Assembly: GCA_964493585.1 (NCBI GenBank)
Contig: CAZBOR010000007.1
Coordinates: forward strand, 1 to 29,618
Source of the DNA: an uncultured Oscillospiraceae bacterium
GTDB taxonomy: Bacteria; Bacillota; Clostridia; Oscillospirales; Oscillospiraceae
Length of the DNA: 29,618 nucleotides
Direction: 5' to 3'
A program made the translations under genes and the position numbers. Below are positions 25,091 to 29,618 of the stretch, in pieces. Numbering within the stretch: the stretch's first letter is position 1; every line of letters begins with the position of its first letter. Below the pieces are notes generated by a model, which was not told the DNA's origin, made no database searches, and was given only the letters and a program-made list of their open reading frames with translations.

Positions 25091-26321
25091 CGTGATCGTG
25101 GTGGGCGGCGGCGCTGCTGGGATGCTCTCAGCGGGGACCGCCGCCGGTCCGCACTGTCGTGTCCTGCTGCTGGAGCGCAACCACATTCTGGGCAAGAAGC
25201 TCCGCATCACCGGAAAGGGCCGCTGCAACCTCCTCAATGACTGCCGGCAGGAGGAGGTACTGAAAAACGTCCCCACCGGGGGCCGCTTTCTCCACAGCAG
25301 CGTCCGGGGCTTTCCGCCCAGCGCCGCCAAGGAGTTTTTCACGGGACTGGGCGTGCCGCTGCAAACGGAGCGGGGAAACCGCGTGTTCCCGGTGTCCGGT
25401 CGGGCGGGGGACGTGGCGGACGCGCTGGAGCGCTGGGTCCGGGACCGGGGCGTGGAGATTCGCCGGGGAAGGGTCACAGAGCTGATCCTCCGGGACGGCG
25501 CGGTGGCCGGGGTCTCCACGGAGCGGGAGCGGCTTTTCGCGCCCAAAGTGATCCTGGCCACCGGGGGCAGGAGCTATCCCGCCACCGGCTCCACCGGGGA
25601 CGGCTATGAGATGGCGGTCCGGGCGGGGCATACCGTCACGCCGCTGTCCGGCTCTCTGGTGCCGCTGGAGGTCCGGGGAGGGTGCCGGGACCTGGCCGGT
25701 CTGAGCCTCAGAAACACCGGCGTAACCCTCTGGGGCGGCGGGAAGAAGCCCATATACCGGGATTTCGGAGAGCTGCTGTTTATGAACTATGGCCTGTCCG
25801 GCCCCACGGTGCTCAGCGCCAGCGCCCATGTGGAGGAGCAGAAGGGACCCTATGTGCTGGAGCTGGACCTGAAGCCCGCGCTGGATATGCAGAAGCTGGA
25901 CGCGCGGCTCCTGCGGGACTTTTCGGAGCGCAAAAACGAGCCGATAGGCTCCTGCATCCGGGGCCTGCTCCCCGCGCAGATGGCGGGCCATGTATTGCGG
26001 CGCTGCGACATTTCCGGAGCGCAGATGGTCCACGACGTGACCCGCCAGCAGCGGCAGCGGCTGCTGGAGACCGTCAAGCATCTGCGGTTTCCCATCACCG
26101 GAAAGCGCCCGGTGGAGGAGGCCATCGTCACCCACGGGGGCGTGAAGCTCTCGGAGGTGGACCCGGCCACCATGGCCTCCAGACGGACCAGAGGGCTGTA
26201 CTTCGCGGGAGAGATTTTGGACTGCGACGCCTATACCGGGGGCTTCAATCTGCAGATCGCCTGGTCCACGGCCTATGCGGCGGGAACTTCCTGTGGAAAT
26301 TGCGAAAAGGATGTGCTATAA
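25077..26321 (+). CDS. HI0933/BaiN-like FAD-dependent flavoprotein (YhiN/YtfP family)
   Basis: The N-terminus FDVIVVGGGAAG is a Rossmann dinucleotide-binding motif. ATG candidates lie at 25050, 25065 and 25077, so the start is uncertain. It overlaps the RpiR 3' end, which suggests co-transcription. Stop TAA at 26319-26321. Confidence 0.7.
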   Translation: MTAFDVIVVGGGAAGMLSAGTAAGPHCRVLLLERNHILGKKLRITGKGRCNLLNDCRQEEVLKNVPTGGRFLHSSVRGFPPSAAKEFFTGLGVPLQTERGNRVFPVSGRAGDVADALERWVRDRGVEIRRGRVTELILRDGAVAGVSTERERLFAPKVILATGGRSYPATGSTGDGYEMAVRAGHTVTPLSGSLVPLEVRGGCRDLAGLSLRNTGVTLWGGGKKPIYRDFGELLFMNYGLSGPTVLSASAHVEEQKGPYVLELDLKPALDMQKLDARLLRDFSERKNEPIGSCIRGLLPAQMAGHVLRRCDISGAQMVHDVTRQQRQRLLETVKHLRFPITGKRPVEEAIVTHGGVKLSEVDPATMASRRTRGLYFAGEILDCDAYTGGFNLQIAWSTAYAAGTSCGNCEKDVL

Positions 26322-26322
26322 T
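26314..26322 (+). promoter_or_regulatory. Extended -10 TGcTATAAT for cmk, embedded in the last codons of the upstream gene
   Basis: tgTGcTATAAT at 26312-26322 lies 54 nt before the cmk ATG. Confidence 0.5.
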
Positions 26323-26375
26323 ATTCTGGCGGACCGCGTATCCGCACAAATTTTGCAGGAAAGCGGGAGAACACC

Positions 26376-27053
26376 ATGAACAAATGCCTCTCAGTGGCCA
26401 TTGACGGGCCGTCGGGCGCGGGGAAGAGCACCGTGGCGAAGGCCGCGGCAAAGGCACTGGGCTTCGTCTATCTGGATACCGGGGCCATCTATCGGACCGT
26501 GGCGTGGCACATCACCATGCTGGGGATCGGCCCCAGGGATACGGACCATGTGCCGGCGCTGCTGAACGACGCGAATATCGAGATACGCTTTTTGGAGGAC
26601 GGCCAGCACATGATACTCAACGGCCGGGACATCACCGGGGAGCTTCGGACGCCGGAGATCACGGCCTGCGCCTCCCAGGTGGCGGCCCAGGGCGCCGTGC
26701 GGGAGCTCCTGCTGGACCTCCAGCGGGAGATGGCCGGGAGCCACAACATCATTATGGACGGCCGCGACATCGGCACTGTGGTCCTGCCCGACGCCAGCCT
26801 GAAGATATACCTGACGGCCTCCCCGGAGAAGCGCGCCCGGCGCCGCTATGAGGAATATCTCCAAAAGGGCCAGAAGGCCGTCTACGAGGAGGTCCTGGCG
26901 GATCAGAAGCAGCGGGACTACAATGACTCCCACCGGAAGATCGCGCCGCTCAGACGCGCCAGGGACGCGGTGGAGGTGGACACCACGGACATGGACCTGC
27001 AGACCGCCATCGACACCGTGGTGGGCCTCATACGGCAGAGGCTGGGCCTATGA
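26376..27053 (+). CDS. cmk: Cytidylate kinase
   Basis: RBS GGGAGA is followed by ATG 26376. The P-loop AIDGPSGAGKST and the NMP-binding region LDTGAIYR are present. Confidence 0.93.
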   Translation: MNKCLSVAIDGPSGAGKSTVAKAAAKALGFVYLDTGAIYRTVAWHITMLGIGPRDTDHVPALLNDANIEIRFLEDGQHMILNGRDITGELRTPEITACASQVAAQGAVRELLLDLQREMAGSHNIIMDGRDIGTVVLPDASLKIYLTASPEKRARRRYEEYLQKGQKAVYEEVLADQKQRDYNDSHRKIAPLRRARDAVEVDTTDMDLQTAIDTVVGLIRQRLGL

Positions 27054-27646
27054 CGACAAAAAGCTGGTATAAGCTGCTGTACGCCGTGGTGCGGCCCTTC
27101 GTGGGGCTGTACTACCCGATGAAATTCATCGGCCGGGAGAATATCCCGGAGGGCGGGGCCCTGGTCTGCAGCAACCATTCCTCCGCCATTGACCCGTTTT
27201 TTCTGGCCTTTGCCCTGACCATGCGGCGGCCCATGTGCGCCATGGCGAAGGAATCCCTGATGAAGATCCCCGTCCTCGGCTGGCTGCTGAAAAAGGTGGG
27301 GACCTTTGGAGTTAAACGCGGCGCGTCGGACATTCACGCGGTGAAGTACGCCATGGAGCAGCTCAGGAACGGGGAATATGTGGTGCTGTTCCCGGAGGGA
27401 ACGCGGGTCAGGTCCCGCGAGGAGGGCCAGCCGAAAACCGGCGCCGCCATGCTTGCCTGCCGAACGGGCGTCCCCGTACTGCCCGTGTACGTCCCCATGA
27501 AGAAGCGGCCCTTCCGCATCAACCGGGTGTATATCGGCCAGCCCCTCTTCTTAAAGCCGGAGGGCAGGCGCGCCACCAATCAGGACTATGAAAGCATGAC
27601 CGGTCTCCTGATGGACCGCATCTATGACTGTGGGGACGGACGATGA
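27050..27646 (+). CDS. plsC: 1-acyl-sn-glycerol-3-phosphate acyltransferase
   Basis: The start overlaps the cmk stop as ATGA. Acyltransferase motifs NHSSAIDP (HX4D) and FPEGTR are present. Confidence 0.88.
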   Translation: MTTKSWYKLLYAVVRPFVGLYYPMKFIGRENIPEGGALVCSNHSSAIDPFFLAFALTMRRPMCAMAKESLMKIPVLGWLLKKVGTFGVKRGASDIHAVKYAMEQLRNGEYVVLFPEGTRVRSREEGQPKTGAAMLACRTGVPVLPVYVPMKKRPFRINRVYIGQPLFLKPEGRRATNQDYESMTGLLMDRIYDCGDGR

Positions 27647-29580
27647 GGGTAGAGCTTGCGAAAACGGCGGGCTTTTGCCCCGGCGTCACCCGCGCGGTGA
27701 ATATGGTGGAAGAGGCGGCTCGGACCGGCGCGCCCACCGTCACCTACGGACCGATCATTCACAACCACCATGTCGTGGAGCGCTTTGCCGCCATGGGCGT
27801 CCGGGAGATCGACCACTACGCGGAGGCGGAGCCGGGGACCACGGTGATTATCCGGTCCCACGGGGTGGCGCGGGAGGTCTATGAGGGGCTGAAGCAGCGG
27901 GGCGCGGTGATCGCGGATGCCACCTGTCCCTTTGTCAAGCGCATCCACCGCATTGTCTCGGAGGCGGAGGAGCGGGGCCGTATCTGCCTGATCGTCGGGG
28001 TCCGGAGCCATCCGGAGGTGGTGGCCATCGCCGGCTGGTGCCGCCAGCCCCATGTGTTTGAAACGGCCCAGGAATTGGAAAATTGGCTGTTGGAGGATGA
28101 AAAACGCCGAGATCAGCCCTTTATCATCGTCAGTCAGACCACAAGTACAGAAAAGTTGTGGAAAAACTGCACAGAAATTATAAAAAAGCTATGTACAAAT
28201 TGCGAAATATTTGATACAATATGCAGTGCAACAGAGAAACGCCAAAGCGAAGCTGGCCAATTAGCCCAGCGGTGTGAGTCAATGATCGTCATTGGCGACA
28301 GGAATAGCTCCAATACCAAGCGATTGAAAGAAATCTGTATGGGATCGTGCAAGGATACCTGCCTCATCGACAGTGCTGCGGATTTACAAACCGTTCGCTA
28401 TCGCGGTAGATCATCTGTTGGCATCACTGCCGGTGCGTCCACGCCGGAGTGGATAATTAAGGAGGTATACAACATCATGAGCGACGAAATCAAGAACGAG
28501 GCAATCGAGGAGTCCTTTGACCAGCTGCTGGAGCAGTACGACAAGTCTTTAAATACAGGAGATAAGGTATCCGGTGTCGTCACCGGGATCACCCCCACTG
28601 AAATCGCAGTGGACCTGGGTACGAAGCATGCCGGCTACATACCCTACAGCGAGGTCAGCGACGATCCCTCTGTGAAGCCTGAGGAGCAGTTCCAGGTGGG
28701 CCAGGAGATCGAGGTCTATGTGATCCGTGTCAACGACGCCGAGGGAACTGTCATGCTCTCCAAGAAAAAGCTGGACGCCCAGAAAAACTGGGAGGAGATC
28801 GAGCAGGCCTGCGAGGATAAGACCGTCGTGGAGGGCTTCATCACCGAGCAGAACAAGGGCGGCGTGGTCGCCAACTACAAGGGCATCCGCGTGTTCATCC
28901 CCGCCTCCCAGACCGGCGTTCCCAAGAACGGCGACATGGGCGCTCTGGTCAAGACCACTGCCAAGATGAAGATCACCGAGGTCAACCGCCAGCGCAAGAG
29001 AGTGGTCGGCTCCATCCGCGCCGTGGCCGCCGAGGCCCGCAAGGCCGCTGCGGAGAAGGTCTGGAGCGAGATCGAGGTCGGCAAGAAGTATCATGGTACG
29101 GTCAAGAGCCTGACCTCCTACGGCGCGTTTGTGGACATCGGCGGCGTGGACGGCATGGTACACGTGTCCGAGCTGAGCTGGAGCCGCATCAAGAGCCCCG
29201 CCGATGTGGTGGCAGTGGGCGACGAGATCGAGGTCTATGTGATCTCCTTCGACCCTGAGAAGCGCAAGATCTCCCTGGGCTACAAGACCGATGAGACCAA
29301 CCCCTGGACCATCTTCACCAACAACTATTCGGTGGGCGACGTGGTCCCGGTAAAGATCGTCAAGCTGATGACCTTTGGCGCCTTCGCCGAGATCATCCCC
29401 GGCATTGACGGCCTGATCCACATCTCCCAGATCGCGGACCGCCGCATCGGAAAGCCGGAGGATGTGCTGTCCGAGGGCCAGACGGTGGACGCCAAGATCA
29501 TCGACATCGACACCGAGCGGAAACGCATCTCCCTGTCCATCCGCGCACTTCTGGAGGAAGGCTACGGGGCAGAGGAGTAA
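27643..29580 (+). CDS. ispH: Bifunctional 4-hydroxy-3-methylbut-2-enyl diphosphate reductase (IspH/LytB) / ribosomal protein S1 fusion
   Basis: The start overlaps the plsC stop as ATGA. The N-terminal ~278 aa is IspH, with conserved Cys in FCPGV, TCPFV and a third Cys region. The C-terminal 367 aa comprises four S1 (OB-fold) repeats. This fusion is common in Clostridia. Confidence 0.88.
   Translation: MRVELAKTAGFCPGVTRAVNMVEEAARTGAPTVTYGPIIHNHHVVERFAAMGVREIDHYAEAEPGTTVIIRSHGVAREVYEGLKQRGAVIADATCPFVKRIHRIVSEAEERGRICLIVGVRSHPEVVAIAGWCRQPHVFETAQELENWLLEDEKRRDQPFIIVSQTTSTEKLWKNCTEIIKKLCTNCEIFDTICSATEKRQSEAGQLAQRCESMIVIGDRNSSNTKRLKEICMGSCKDTCLIDSAADLQTVRYRGRSSVGITAGASTPEWIIKEVYNIMSDEIKNEAIEESFDQLLEQYDKSLNTGDKVSGVVTGITPTEIAVDLGTKHAGYIPYSEVSDDPSVKPEEQFQVGQEIEVYVIRVNDAEGTVMLSKKKLDAQKNWEEIEQACEDKTVVEGFITEQNKGGVVANYKGIRVFIPASQTGVPKNGDMGALVKTTAKMKITEVNRQRKRVVGSIRAVAAEARKAAAEKVWSEIEVGKKYHGTVKSLTSYGAFVDIGGVDGMVHVSELSWSRIKSPADVVAVGDEIEVYVISFDPEKRKISLGYKTDETNPWTIFTNNYSVGDVVPVKIVKLMTFGAFAEIIPGIDGLIHISQIADRRIGKPEDVLSEGQTVDAKIIDIDTERKRISLSIRALLEEGYGAEE
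28459..28479 (+). promoter_or_regulatory. Internal Shine-Dalgarno AAGGAGGT plus in-frame ATG at the IspH/S1 domain junction
   Basis: AAGGAGGT at 28459-28466 is encoded by the K-E-V codons and lies 10 nt upstream of in-frame ATG 28477 (MSDEIKNE...). The position coincides with the start of the S1 portion. Confidence 0.5.
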
Positions 29581-29618
29581 TTCCATCAGCCAAAGAAAAA
29601 AGGGCGACGCTTCCATAA

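Overview
This window is a high-GC, gene-dense chromosomal segment, almost all coding on the + strand apart from a few minus-strand genes. Gene content and order fit a Firmicutes/Clostridia-type genome: tig-clpP-clpX-lon-engB, scpA-scpB-ytfI-ytfJ-dacB-rluB, cmk-plsC-ispH::rpsA, rubrerythrin, a YtfJ/GerW sporulation protein and an IspH-S1 fusion. I support 28 protein-coding genes and find no rRNA, tRNA, CRISPR array or obvious mobile element. Housekeeping blocks: (i) the proteostasis cluster tig, clpP, clpX, lon, engB; (ii) the chromosome-condensation and sporulation block scpA, scpB, DUF2953 (YtfI-like), ytfJ/gerW, a D-Ala-D-Ala carboxypeptidase, rluB; (iii) an RpiR/MurR regulator, an HI0933/BaiN-like flavoprotein, cmk, plsC and the fused ispH-rpsA. 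Accessory or unusual content: (a) a 5'-truncated BspA-type leucine-rich-repeat protein, co-transcribed with a large protein that has three N-terminal zinc ribbons, a Band-7/SPFH-like core and four C-terminal tandem zinc-ribbon repeats (81-bp DNA period), then a 4-TM membrane protein. This looks like a PspA-less YdjG/YdjI-like envelope-stress module. (b) An LtaS-family membrane sulfatase-fold transferase with its own extended -10 promoter. (c) A small oxidative-stress group: AlkD-like DNA glycosylase, YbaK deacylase, a TSCPD 4-Cys mini-protein and rubrerythrin. (d) A minus-strand, translationally coupled choline operon: a wHTH + LicC-like cytidylyltransferase + LicA-like choline kinase tri-domain fusion, a second free LicC-like cytidylyltransferase, and a BCCT transporter. 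Its strong promoter (TTGACC-17-TGcTATAAT) is overlapped at the transcription start by a perfect 7-4-7 palindrome, AATGCGT-TCAG-ACGCATT. I propose the enzyme's own N-terminal wHTH binds this palindrome, giving a NadR-like enzyme/regulator. The ispH::rpsA fusion carries a canonical AAGGAGGT Shine-Dalgarno and an in-frame ATG exactly at the domain junction. It also has an AT-rich segment with a sigma-70-like promoter inside the IspH-coding part. Most long minus-strand ORFs in the track are high-GC antisense shadows and are rejected.
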